Program-made: the position numbers and the translations under genes
Shown here: positions 7,861 through 16,656 of the stretch, one piece after another
Layout: the number at the start of each line of letters is the position of its first letter
Numbering within the stretch: position 1 is the first letter of the stretch
Source: Chloroflexota bacterium
Lineage (GTDB): Bacteria > Chloroflexota > UBA6077 > SHYK01
Direction of reading: 5' to 3'
NCBI GenBank assembly: GCA_016844585.1
Contig: JAERMM010000006.1
Location: forward strand, 1 to 56,665
DNA: 56,665 nucleotides
The notes under the pieces: model-generated
Databases searched by the model: none
Told to the model about the DNA's origin: nothing
What the model saw: only the letters and a program-made list of their open reading frames with translations

Positions 7861-8730
7861 ATGGTTGCAACCTTGAGTATCGCGCTGCCGAAGCGTGCAA
7901 CATGCCATCCAGCTGCTTACCGAAGCTGGGGACGGCGCCAAGATCCTCGCGGGCGGCCAGAGCCTCGTTCCATTATTCAACCTCGGGCTGGCTCGTCCAT
8001 CGGTGCTGATCGATATCAATAGGCTCGACACTTTGGACTACATTGAGCAGCGGAACGGGTCAATCGCCGTTGGCGCTCTCACCAGACACGCGACCGCCGA
8101 GGCAAGTGACCTACTGCACGCTGCTTGTCCTCTTCTGGCTGAGGCGATACCGATGATTGGCGACCCTCAGGTGCGAAACCGCGGGTCGGTGGGCGGCAGC
8201 CTGGCACACGCCGATCCCGTTGCCGAGATCCCGACGTTGCGGTCTGTCTGGGTGCCGTGATGCACATCGAAGGCCCGCACGGAGGCCGCGACGTCGAGGC
8301 GTCCGAATTCTTCGACACCTACCTCACGTCCTCGCTCGAGGCCGGCGAATTATTGACTGAGGTGCGATTCCCTTCTGCTCCACCGGGAGCCGGAGCGGCA
8401 TTTCTCGAGCTGGTCCGCCGGAAGGGTGACTTCGCGATCTTCGCCGCGGCGGCTTCCGTTGAAATGGGCGGCGACGGCGCATGCAAGGGGGCTCGCCTGG
8501 CGTTGGCCGGCGTGTCCGACACGCCGATCCGCTGCGACGCACCGTCGGCAATCCTGGTCGGCCGCGTTCCGACGGCGGAGTTGTTGCGCGAGGCGGCGAG
8601 TGCCGCTTGTGAAGGGATCGAACCCGAGTCTGACGTCCTGGCATCGGGGGAGTACCGCCGGGCTATGGCTCCCGTCTACGCGCGTCGGGCGCTCGCATCC
8701 GCGGTGGCCCGGGCAACCACTCAGTCCTGA
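7861..8730 (+). pseudogene. CoxM-type FAD-binding (medium) subunit of a molybdopterin dehydrogenase, frameshifted and orphan
   Basis: Homology runs through three frames: NLEYRAAEA, then VQHAIQLLTEAGDGAKILAGGQSLVPL...VRNRGSVGGSLAHADPVAEIP, then DVAVCLGAVMHIEGPHGGRDVEASEFF...SGEYRRAMAPVYARRAL. Frame breaks lie near 7893-7897 and 8230-8236. No large (CoxL) or small (CoxS) subunit gene is adjacent. Confidence 0.8.
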
Positions 8731-8877
8731 CCCCTGGCTGCCGGATCAGTCATCCGAAGACGGCTGGCCGGCGCTTCTCTCGCAACCTATACTTCCGGAG
8801 CGCCAACTGATTGGCTGTCCGCGGGGCGCCGGGCTCTCTGCTAGATCTGGCCGAGGCCGCGTAGCGTCGGGGGATGA

Positions 8878-9546
8878 TTGGAAGCTGACCAACCGTCCAA
8901 AACCATCGAAGACTACCTCCTGCATATCTATACGATCTCCAGTGAGGGGCGATCCGTGATTGCCGCACGCCTGGCGGAAGTTCTGGACGTTGCGCCCCCG
9001 ACCGTCACGGCAACGCTGCAGCGGATGGCTCGCGACGGGCTCGTCAAGATGAACCCGAAAAAGGAAGTGGTGCTGACCACAAGCGGGAACGAACACGCGG
9101 AGCGCATGGTCCGCCGCCATCGCCTTGCCGAACGCCTCCTGGTGGACATCCTCGGCGTCGACTGGGCTGACGTTCACGAAGAGGCTCACCGCTTCGAGCA
9201 CGCAATCTCACCTCGCGTGGAAGAGCGCATCCTCGCTGTGCTTGGCGCTCCGACGACCTGCCCGCATGGCAGCCCGATCCCGGGCACCGGCGCATTCATT
9301 TCGATCGAGGCCGTTCGCCTGGAGTTTGTCTCCGCGGGCGATCACGTGACGATAGAGCGCATATCTGAAGAGGCCGAGAACGATCACGAGTTGTTGTCTT
9401 ACTTCCAGCGGTCGGGGCTGCTTCCCGGCAAGACGTTCGACGTGGTGGAGGTTGAACCCTACAACTCGCTGCTCGTTCTCCTTGGCGCGGAGGGTCGAAT
9501 CCCGATCAGCCTCGCCGTTGCGCACAAGATCTGGGTCCGCAAGTAG
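8878..9546 (+). CDS. DtxR/MntR-family metal-dependent transcriptional repressor with FeoA-like C-terminal domain
   Basis: IEDYLLHIYTI...RLAEVLDVAPPTVTATLQRMARDGLV...RRHRLAERLLVDILGVDW..HEEAHRFEHAISP...CPHGSPIP. TTG start. Confidence 0.85.
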   Translation: MEADQPSKTIEDYLLHIYTISSEGRSVIAARLAEVLDVAPPTVTATLQRMARDGLVKMNPKKEVVLTTSGNEHAERMVRRHRLAERLLVDILGVDWADVHEEAHRFEHAISPRVEERILAVLGAPTTCPHGSPIPGTGAFISIEAVRLEFVSAGDHVTIERISEEAENDHELLSYFQRSGLLPGKTFDVVEVEPYNSLLVLLGAEGRIPISLAVAHKIWVRK

Positions 9547-9719
9547 TCCCTTTCAGTTGTGGGCGCCTGCCCAACGCTTGCGTTTCTGACACGGATTACG
9601 GTACAAGGTGGGGCCGAAGTACCCGAAGTTCGATAACCTGACGGGCAAGGGGCTGCAATTACTTTGGCATGAGTTCCCTACCTGAGTGATCAGCGCCGTG
9701 CGAGTCGCGGGGGGAGCAA

Positions 9720-11282
9720 ATGCACCAGGCCAGAATTTCACCGCTCCGCGGCGAGTACTCGTTCGCAACCGCCGGTTTGGATGCCTTTGATGGGCGCAAC
9801 TGGCTTGACGACCCGGTTGAGCCTGTTCGCGCGGAGCCGACCGCGGAAGCCCCGGACAGCGAGCCCAACGATGACCCCGTTCGGATGTACCTGAACGAGA
9901 TCCACCAGGTCCGCCTGCTCACCGCGGCGGACGAAAAGCGTCTTGCCTGCCGACTCGAAGAAGCGGTCCTTCTGAAGAAGATCGCGGGCGCCGTCTCTGA
10001 TGGCGGCCCAGACGTCGACTACCCTGCCATCGCCGCGACACTCTACGATCGGGTCCGCGAGGGACTTCACTACGCCTCGGCGATCACGGATGTGGCTGAC
10101 CTTGATACGTCATCGGTATCGGCGATGCTCACCGATCCCGGCCTGCGCGAGTTGATCGATTTCCGTCTGGAACCAGTCGTTATTGAAGGCCTCTCACGTT
10201 GTCTCTGCCTGGAGCCCGCAGAGGTAGCAAAGCGGATCATCACGTTTTCGATTGAGACCCGCTTGCTGCCTCCAGTTGTCTATCGACTTATGGCGGTGTC
10301 ATCCACGGAATGCCTGCCTTCTCCCGAAGAGGTGCTGGTCGCCTGTCGCAGACTCTCTTTTGAGGTCGAGGACCATTTCCTTGATGTTCAGGGTCGAGCT
10401 GACGCCGCACAGCGCCAGTTGATCGAAGCCAACCTCCGCCTCGTGGTGAGCGTCGCGAAGAAATATCTGGGTCGCGGAATGGCCCTGCTGGACCTGATCC
10501 AGGAAGGCAATCTCGGCCTGATGCGCGCCGTTACGAAATTCGATCACCGTCTCGGCTTCAAGTTCAGCACGTATGCGACCTGGTGGATCCGCCAGGCTGT
10601 CGGACGGTCGGTCGCGGACCATTCACGGACGATACGTATCCCCGTCCACATGATGGAGATCGTCAGTCGGCTCAACCACACGGCGATCGACCTGACCCAG
10701 CGCCTTGGCCGCGAACCGACGCCGGCCGAAACTGCGCTCATGATGGGCCTGTTCGACCTCAGTACCGAGTCGACGATGATCGCGGAGATCTGCCCCGACC
10801 TCGATCCCGCCGACTGGCCGGATCCCGCCCGACGCGCGCGCATCCTCGAGGCCCAGGTACTCCACCACATCGACACGCTCGACCTACCCCTGCGGAAGGA
10901 CGTTGAGCGAGGCGCTGCCCGCGTTATGCAGGCAAAACAGGTGATGCGCCAGCCGATTTCGCTGGACACCCCAGTGGGCGAAGAACTGGACAGCCCACTC
11001 AGCGAGCTTATTCAGGACAAGAACGGCGTCGAGCCCGAAGCCGAGGCCATGTCTGATATTTTGAAGAGCCAGGTGCGAGCGATCCTTGGCACCCTTCCGG
11101 AGCGTGAGTCCGAGATTCTCGAGCTACGGTTCGGACTTGTTGACGGCAGGCCACGAACGCTCGAAGAAGTCGGTCGCGAGTTCGGCCTCACCCGCGAGCG
11201 CATTCGGCAGATCGAAGAACAAACGCTGGTGAGCTTGCGCCACCCGAAACTCGCCCGACTGGTCCGCGACTTCCTCTACTAG
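9720..11282 (+). CDS. rpoD: Primary RNA polymerase sigma factor (sigma-70 family, group 1)
   Basis: Region 1.2 DPVRMYLNEIHQVRLLT, region 2 DLIQEGNLGLMRAVTKFDHRLGFKFSTYATWWIRQAV, and region 4.2 TLEEVGREFGLTRERIRQIE. Two long lineage-specific insertions. Confidence 0.9.
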   Translation: MHQARISPLRGEYSFATAGLDAFDGRNWLDDPVEPVRAEPTAEAPDSEPNDDPVRMYLNEIHQVRLLTAADEKRLACRLEEAVLLKKIAGAVSDGGPDVDYPAIAATLYDRVREGLHYASAITDVADLDTSSVSAMLTDPGLRELIDFRLEPVVIEGLSRCLCLEPAEVAKRIITFSIETRLLPPVVYRLMAVSSTECLPSPEEVLVACRRLSFEVEDHFLDVQGRADAAQRQLIEANLRLVVSVAKKYLGRGMALLDLIQEGNLGLMRAVTKFDHRLGFKFSTYATWWIRQAVGRSVADHSRTIRIPVHMMEIVSRLNHTAIDLTQRLGREPTPAETALMMGLFDLSTESTMIAEICPDLDPADWPDPARRARILEAQVLHHIDTLDLPLRKDVERGAARVMQAKQVMRQPISLDTPVGEELDSPLSELIQDKNGVEPEAEAMSDILKSQVRAILGTLPERESEILELRFGLVDGRPRTLEEVGREFGLTRERIRQIEEQTLVSLRHPKLARLVRDFLY

Positions 11283-11384
11283 GGGCCAACCCGCTTCCAG
11301 CCGTCGACCCCATTGTGCATTTTCCGTCTGCTTGCGTGATATCGTTCCGCGCGGACATCAGAGCCACCGCTGATAGGAGTGTGC

Positions 11385-12098
11385 ATGACGCAGCCCTACG
11401 ACCGAGCCATCGCCCAGGAACTCAAGGAGAAGGTTGCCCTCTCATGCAGGGTCCTCTACCAGCAGGGTCTCGCCGATTACCTGGGCCACCCCAGCGCTCG
11501 GATCCCCGGAACCGCCCTCGTCATCATCAAGCCGCGCCACGGCCGCGACATTCGCGGCATGCAGGAGATGACGTCAAAACACATGCTGGTGGTCGATCTG
11601 GATGGGAACGTCATCGAGGGCGACTACGCTCCACCGACGGAAACCGTTCTCCACACCGAGGTCTACCGCGTTCGCCCGGACGTCAGCTCGGTGATCCACA
11701 CTCACCAGACGATGACCACCGCCTTTGGGATCACCGGGCGCCCCATTCTGCCGATCATGCACAACGAGTCTGCCCTCGTCGAGAGGCCGATTCCGATTCT
11801 CCCCACCGCCATGTTGATCAGCAAGCCCGAGCAGGGGGCGGCAGTGGCGACCGCGCTCGGTGACCATCGCATCGTGCACCTGCAGAATCACGGCGTGGTC
11901 ATTGCGGGTCCCAGCATCGAGCAATCAACAATCGACGCGATCTTCCTGGAGCGGCTGGCGGTGATGAACCACCTGGTGGCACAGATCGGAGAGCCAAGGC
12001 TCGTAACGCAAGAGGAGATCAACCAGGTGAAGGCCGAGCAGCAGCCGGTTGGCGGTCGGTGGGCTTACTACACCAGCCTTGTGGACACGAATGTCTGA
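11385..12098 (+). CDS. Class II aldolase/adducin-family protein
   Basis: HPSARIP, TEVYRVRPDVSSVIHTHQ and LQNHGVVIAGPSIEQS. ATG 11385 follows AGGAG; the ORF track starts at GTG 11379. Confidence 0.8.
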   Translation: MTQPYDRAIAQELKEKVALSCRVLYQQGLADYLGHPSARIPGTALVIIKPRHGRDIRGMQEMTSKHMLVVDLDGNVIEGDYAPPTETVLHTEVYRVRPDVSSVIHTHQTMTTAFGITGRPILPIMHNESALVERPIPILPTAMLISKPEQGAAVATALGDHRIVHLQNHGVVIAGPSIEQSTIDAIFLERLAVMNHLVAQIGEPRLVTQEEINQVKAEQQPVGGRWAYYTSLVDTNV

Positions 12099-12930
12099 GG
12101 CCGCTCCCGCGACCGGGGAACCAGCAGTGGTCCCGGCGCGGCCCGCGGCGACCGTCGTCCTGGTTCGCCCGACCGGGAACGGGTGGGAAACGTACCTGGT
12201 GCGGCGGAGCCCAAAGAGCCCGGTCTTGCCGAGCCTGTGGGTGTTCCCCGGCGGTACGGTCCGAGCCGATGACATGGGAGCGGTCGCGGAGACCCTCGAT
12301 CCCCATTTCTCAGCCGCGCAAGCACACGCCGCGCTAGCTCGGCCGCCGGGATCGCCCGCGGAGACCGCGGCGGAGAGCCGCGGCTATTTCGTGACCGCGG
12401 CTCGCGAGCTATTCGAGGAAGCGGGCGTCCTATTGGCCAGCGTGGCGCCTGGAACCTCCTCGATCTCGGCCGAACTCGGACCAGACGCTCAATGGGCTCA
12501 GCGCCGACGAGAGGTCGAGTCTGGCCAGCCACTGGCCAAAGCTCTGCGGGATATGGGCGCGCGCCTTGACTTGAACCAGCTCGCCTACTACGCCCATTGG
12601 ATGACGCCGCTTGCGGTTCCTCAGCGCTTCGACACCCGTTTCTTCATTGCCCGCCTTCCAGAGGGAGCGTGCGCTAGCCCAAGCACCCACGAAATGATGG
12701 AAGGGGTATGGATCGGGGCGCTGGCCGCTCTCGATCGCTGCAAGTGCGGGGACATGCCGTTGCATTTCGCCACGCTCAACCACCTGCGCAGGCTCGCGTC
12801 GCAGGAGTCGATCGAGGGTCTTTTCGTCTTCGCCACTACCAAGGCAGTCGTGCCGGTGATGCCGGAAACCCGCGAGACGGAAGGGCACCCCGTTCCTTAT
12901 CTGCCATCGGAGCTGGCCGGAGTCTGGTGA
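12091..12930 (+). CDS. NUDIX-family hydrolase (atypical, insertion inside the Nudix box)
   Basis: WVFPGGTVRADD ... AARELFEEAGVLL. ATG 12091 overlaps the aldolase stop (ATGTCTGA). Confidence 0.65.
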   Translation: MSEAAPATGEPAVVPARPAATVVLVRPTGNGWETYLVRRSPKSPVLPSLWVFPGGTVRADDMGAVAETLDPHFSAAQAHAALARPPGSPAETAAESRGYFVTAARELFEEAGVLLASVAPGTSSISAELGPDAQWAQRRREVESGQPLAKALRDMGARLDLNQLAYYAHWMTPLAVPQRFDTRFFIARLPEGACASPSTHEMMEGVWIGALAALDRCKCGDMPLHFATLNHLRRLASQESIEGLFVFATTKAVVPVMPETRETEGHPVPYLPSELAGVW

Positions 12931-12972
12931 GCTCTCACTAACGAGGAGCGCCTCCACGAGGCGGGTCCGCGT

Positions 12973-13518
12973 TCAGTCGGCGTCGGCTGTCGCGTTGAGA
13001 CTCTCTCCGAGCCCCTGCTCGATGTACGTACGCGCGAGCCCCTGATAGTCTGGCGCCGCTTTACTCGTCCACTCGAGTGAACGCCCGGACAACTCCTTCT
13101 TGACCGTGGCGGGGACGCCCGCGGCGAGATGGCGCGGGGGGATCTGCATTCCCTCCCCGACGACGGCCCCCGCCGCGATCATCGCCTGCTCGCCGACGAT
13201 AGCGCCTTCCAGCACGACCGCGTTCATGCCCACGAGCGCGCCACGCTCAACCGTGCAGGCCTCGAGCACGGCGCCATGGCCGATTGTCGCGTTATCGCCG
13301 ACGATAGTCGGATGCGTGTCCGACGTGTGGACCACGACGTTGTCCTGCACGTTCGCGCCGGATCCGACGACAATTGCGCCAAAATCTCCACGCAGCACGG
13401 CGCCGAACCACACGCTCGAACCCGCTCCAATCGTTACGTCGCCGATCAATGCCGCGTTTGGCGCAATGAATACGTTCTCACCAATCCTCGGGCGCTTCCC
13501 GTTCCATTCGACGATCAA
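12973..13518 (-). CDS. Gamma-carbonic-anhydrase-like hexapeptide-repeat protein (YrdA/PaaY family)
   Basis: IGENVFIAPNAALIGDVTIGAGSSVWFGAVLRGDFGAIVVGSGANVQDN..H. The family N-terminus aligns with a TTG at 13518. The longer ORF to 13653 adds a non-homologous extension. Confidence 0.8.
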   Translation of the reverse strand: MIVEWNGKRPRIGENVFIAPNAALIGDVTIGAGSSVWFGAVLRGDFGAIVVGSGANVQDNVVVHTSDTHPTIVGDNATIGHGAVLEACTVERGALVGMNAVVLEGAIVGEQAMIAAGAVVGEGMQIPPRHLAAGVPATVKKELSGRSLEWTSKAAPDYQGLARTYIEQGLGESLNATADAD

Positions 13519-13602
13519 CCGCCCCTCCGATGCTCGAATTAACGCCCGCCCGGAGTGGGCCAGGCGCGATGGTAGAATACGCGAACGCCGCACCCGAGGA
13601 AG

Positions 13603-14334
13603 ATGAGTATGGCCCGAGAACGACGTCAGTACGTCCGATTTACCTTCTACCATCTGGATCCTGGCTGGCGTCGCCTACCCGCCAATGATCGCGCCTCCGG
13701 CGAGGCTGAGCTAGCCGGAATTATCGACGGCTGGACGGACCGTATTCTGATCCGAACGTACTCGACCATCGGAACACGCGGTGATTGCGACCTGCTCGTC
13801 TGGCAGGTGAGCGAGAATCTCGACGACTTTCAGGCCCTTGCCTCGGACGTTGTTTCTTCGGGGATGGGCAGCTATATGCAGATCCCCTACTCGTACCTGT
13901 CGATGACGAAGCACTCGATGTACGTCTCAGAGCACGAGCATGCCGGCCAGGAGGGCACGCGCCTCACGATTGCCCCGGGTGGCGCCAGATACCTGTTCGT
14001 CTATCCATTCGTGAAGACGCGCGGCTGGTACTTGCAGCCACAGCCCGAGCGGCAACGTATGATGAGCCTGCACATCGCAATGGGACATAAGTACCCCACG
14101 GTGAAGATCAATACGACCTACTCCTTTGGGCTGGACGACCAGGAGTTTGTTCTCGCCTTCGAAACGGACTATCCTGGCGACTTCCTGGATCTCGTGCAGG
14201 AGCTGCGCGAGACCGAGGCCAGCTCCTATACGCTGCGCGACACCCCGATCTTCACCTGCGTAACGACGCCGATCCGTGAAATCCTCAGGTCACTCCATAG
14301 CGGCGCATCGGAGATGGCCCTATCCGCGAGGTAA
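13603..14334 (+). CDS. chdC: Coproheme decarboxylase / chlorite-dismutase-family protein (HemQ)
   Basis: YVRFTFYHLD, FVYPFVKTRGWY, MGHKYPTVKINTTYSFGLDDQEFVLAFETD and SSYTLRDTPIFTC. Confidence 0.85.
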   Translation: MSMARERRQYVRFTFYHLDPGWRRLPANDRASGEAELAGIIDGWTDRILIRTYSTIGTRGDCDLLVWQVSENLDDFQALASDVVSSGMGSYMQIPYSYLSMTKHSMYVSEHEHAGQEGTRLTIAPGGARYLFVYPFVKTRGWYLQPQPERQRMMSLHIAMGHKYPTVKINTTYSFGLDDQEFVLAFETDYPGDFLDLVQELRETEASSYTLRDTPIFTCVTTPIREILRSLHSGASEMALSAR

Positions 14335-14390
14335 GACACAGCGCGTTAACCAAATAGCATCGCCGTCGAGATTCGGTTAGGAGGACGCGG

Positions 14391-15365
14391 TTGACTTCCA
14401 TCAAGGTTGGCATGAACGGGGGGACCGCGAAAATTTACGCGGGCGTCACGCTGGTCGGTATTGGCCGTGGCTACTTCAAGCGCCAGGGACTGGACATTGA
14501 GGTCCTCGAGACGGGTGGGCGCCGCGACTCGATCCCGATGCTGGCGTCGGACGAATTGGACGTGACTGCCCAGGGGCCTAACCTGGAGTTCTTCCAGGCC
14601 TGGAAGCCCAATGGTTCTATCGTCATGGTGGCCGACCACGGCGCGGCGAAGCCCGGACGGGGAGGCGCCGGCGGAATCGTTGCTCGTCCCGAGCTGGTCA
14701 CGAGCGGCCAGCTCCGAGACTTCTCCGACCTGCGCGGCAAGCGCGTGGCGCTCAGCCCTCGCAAGTACGACCACGACTGGTTCACCATCTGCAGCGCGCT
14801 CGAGCTGGGCGGCCTCACCGTCGACGACATTCAGGTCGTCACGATAGGGATGGGTGGAGGCCGACATGAAGCGCTGGCCGACGGATCCATCGACGTCACC
14901 ACAGTCGACCGCCCGGCGAGCATCAAGGAGGGCGCGGAGACGGGCGCGTTCGTCGTCTGGAAGCACGAATATGAAGTGCGACCGGGTCGGCAGCAGCGCG
15001 CCGTCGTCTTCGGCCACCGTTTCCGAACGGAGCGGCCAGATGAGGCGCAACGCTACATCGTCGCATATCTACAGGGCCTTCGCGACTACTACGACGCGTT
15101 CGAGAACGGCGTGAACCGTGACACCATCATTGACGTGTTGTCGGCAGAATGCGGCGACCCGCGCGCGGTCGTCGAGGCGACGATTCCAGCCGGTGTCAAC
15201 CCCGATGGCTACCTCAACGTCGACGCGATCGAGCACGACCTCCGCTGGTACCAGGATGGCGGGTTCCTGAGCGATTCCGTGCCGCTCGATGGGCTCATCG
15301 ACCATTCGTACATCGAGGCGGCGATCGCCGAGCTCGGCCCCTATCGCGCGCCGGAGGTGAGGTGA
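14391..15365 (+). CDS. NMT1/THI5-like (SsuA-fold) binding-domain protein without signal peptide
   Basis: Starts directly with the mature-domain pattern IKVGMNGG..AGVTLVGIGRGYFKRQGLDIEVLE..LASDELDV. TAGGAGGA lies 6 nt before the TTG start. No hydrophobic leader. Confidence 0.65.
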   Translation: MTSIKVGMNGGTAKIYAGVTLVGIGRGYFKRQGLDIEVLETGGRRDSIPMLASDELDVTAQGPNLEFFQAWKPNGSIVMVADHGAAKPGRGGAGGIVARPELVTSGQLRDFSDLRGKRVALSPRKYDHDWFTICSALELGGLTVDDIQVVTIGMGGGRHEALADGSIDVTTVDRPASIKEGAETGAFVVWKHEYEVRPGRQQRAVVFGHRFRTERPDEAQRYIVAYLQGLRDYYDAFENGVNRDTIIDVLSAECGDPRAVVEATIPAGVNPDGYLNVDAIEHDLRWYQDGGFLSDSVPLDGLIDHSYIEAAIAELGPYRAPEVR

Positions 15366-15368
15366 CCC

Positions 15369-16121
15369 ATGCCGAACGTCGGTGATTTTCACCACGTCGT
15401 GATCGAGGTGACGGACCTCGATCGGTCGCAGCAGTTCTACGCTGACACACTAGGGATGGAGCCAATTGGTCGCGACCACGAAGGCTCAACGGCCACGCTT
15501 CGAACCGAGGAGGGCCACCACGTCGTGCTCACCCGGGTGCCCGCGGTCAAGAAGGACCAGTCTGGCGTCCACATGAACTTCACCGTCTCTCACGACCATT
15601 GGCATGCGGTTTCAAGTCGGTTGGCAGAGCTTGGGATCAAGCTACGGGACTTCGAGCACCGTGATGAGCAGCGGGCGGCGGGCGAGATAAGCATGTCCTT
15701 CTGGGACCCCGACGGTCACCGTCTGCAGTTCGCCGCTTACGATCCCGAAGCTTTCCAGGTGCCGGCGGCGAAGAAGGGCAAGATCGTGGCCGGACGCATC
15801 GAGGACTTCCCTCTCGGGTCGGTCACCCACAACAAGCAGGGGAAGTTCTTCGTGGTGCGGCTCGCCGACGGCTTTCTCGCTCTCAACCAGACCTGCACCC
15901 ACATGCAGTGCAACGTCGCGTATCAGCCGGAGCACTACCGATTCTATTGTGCTTGCCACTACCGGAAGTTCACCCGAACCGGCGACCAGATCGAGATCAA
16001 ACAGGATGTGCCTCCACTCCATGTGTACGCCATTGAGTTCGTAAAGGGCGAGGTGGTCGTCGACACCGACAGGTCGATCCCTCGCTCGCGCGATGTTGTC
16101 GACCAAATGGTTGCTGTTTAG
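15369..16121 (+). CDS. VOC (glyoxalase/dioxygenase) domain fused to a Rieske [2Fe-2S] domain
   Basis: N-terminal FHHVVIEVTDLDRSQQFYADTLGM...FWDPDGHRLQF (VOC). C-terminal CTHMQCNVAYQPEHYRFYCACH (CxH-15-CxxH). Confidence 0.75.
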   Translation: MPNVGDFHHVVIEVTDLDRSQQFYADTLGMEPIGRDHEGSTATLRTEEGHHVVLTRVPAVKKDQSGVHMNFTVSHDHWHAVSSRLAELGIKLRDFEHRDEQRAAGEISMSFWDPDGHRLQFAAYDPEAFQVPAAKKGKIVAGRIEDFPLGSVTHNKQGKFFVVRLADGFLALNQTCTHMQCNVAYQPEHYRFYCACHYRKFTRTGDQIEIKQDVPPLHVYAIEFVKGEVVVDTDRSIPRSRDVVDQMVAV

Positions 16122-16150
16122 CGGGGTAGTTCCTCCAGTCAGGAGAAGCC

Positions 16151-16654
16151 ATGCAGAAGGTGATTGAGATCGATCACGCGGTCGTAACAGTCAACGACCT
16201 TGCGCTCACGATCCATTTTTACAAGGAGGTTCTCGGCTCAATCGTCGGCGGTGCTGAGGCCGAGCGTCTCACCATGCTGACGACCGATGAGCTGATGCGA
16301 GCCGAACATCTGCGGCAGCGAGCAGCCGCGTTTGAAAGCCAGGCGAACCGGGTGTCTCGTGTACCGGCGCCGCATGGAAGCGTCACGGTTGGGGACGCCG
16401 TCATCCCGTTTTTCCTCTACCACGAGCACGTGCAGGAGCCGCCGCCCGAACAGCTGCGTGGCACGCCGCGTATTGCGCTTGGCATTACGGAGGCGCAAAT
16501 GGACAACGCTCCCGACGTGCTCCGAGCGCACCGCGTTCATTTCGACGGCCCGGTTTCTTATGCGCCGCCGTGCCCCTCCTCCCGCTCGCTCTATTTCAAG
16601 GACCCATCCGGCAATTTTCTCGAGCTGTGCTGTCCACGAGCAGCGGGGGGCTAG
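16151..16654 (+). CDS. VOC-family protein (glyoxalase/bleomycin resistance/dioxygenase fold)
   Basis: IDHAVVTVNDLALTIHFYKEVLG ... YFKDPSGNFLEL. Confidence 0.7.
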   Translation: MQKVIEIDHAVVTVNDLALTIHFYKEVLGSIVGGAEAERLTMLTTDELMRAEHLRQRAAAFESQANRVSRVPAPHGSVTVGDAVIPFFLYHEHVQEPPPEQLRGTPRIALGITEAQMDNAPDVLRAHRVHFDGPVSYAPPCPSSRSLYFKDPSGNFLELCCPRAAGG

Positions 16655-16656
16655 CG

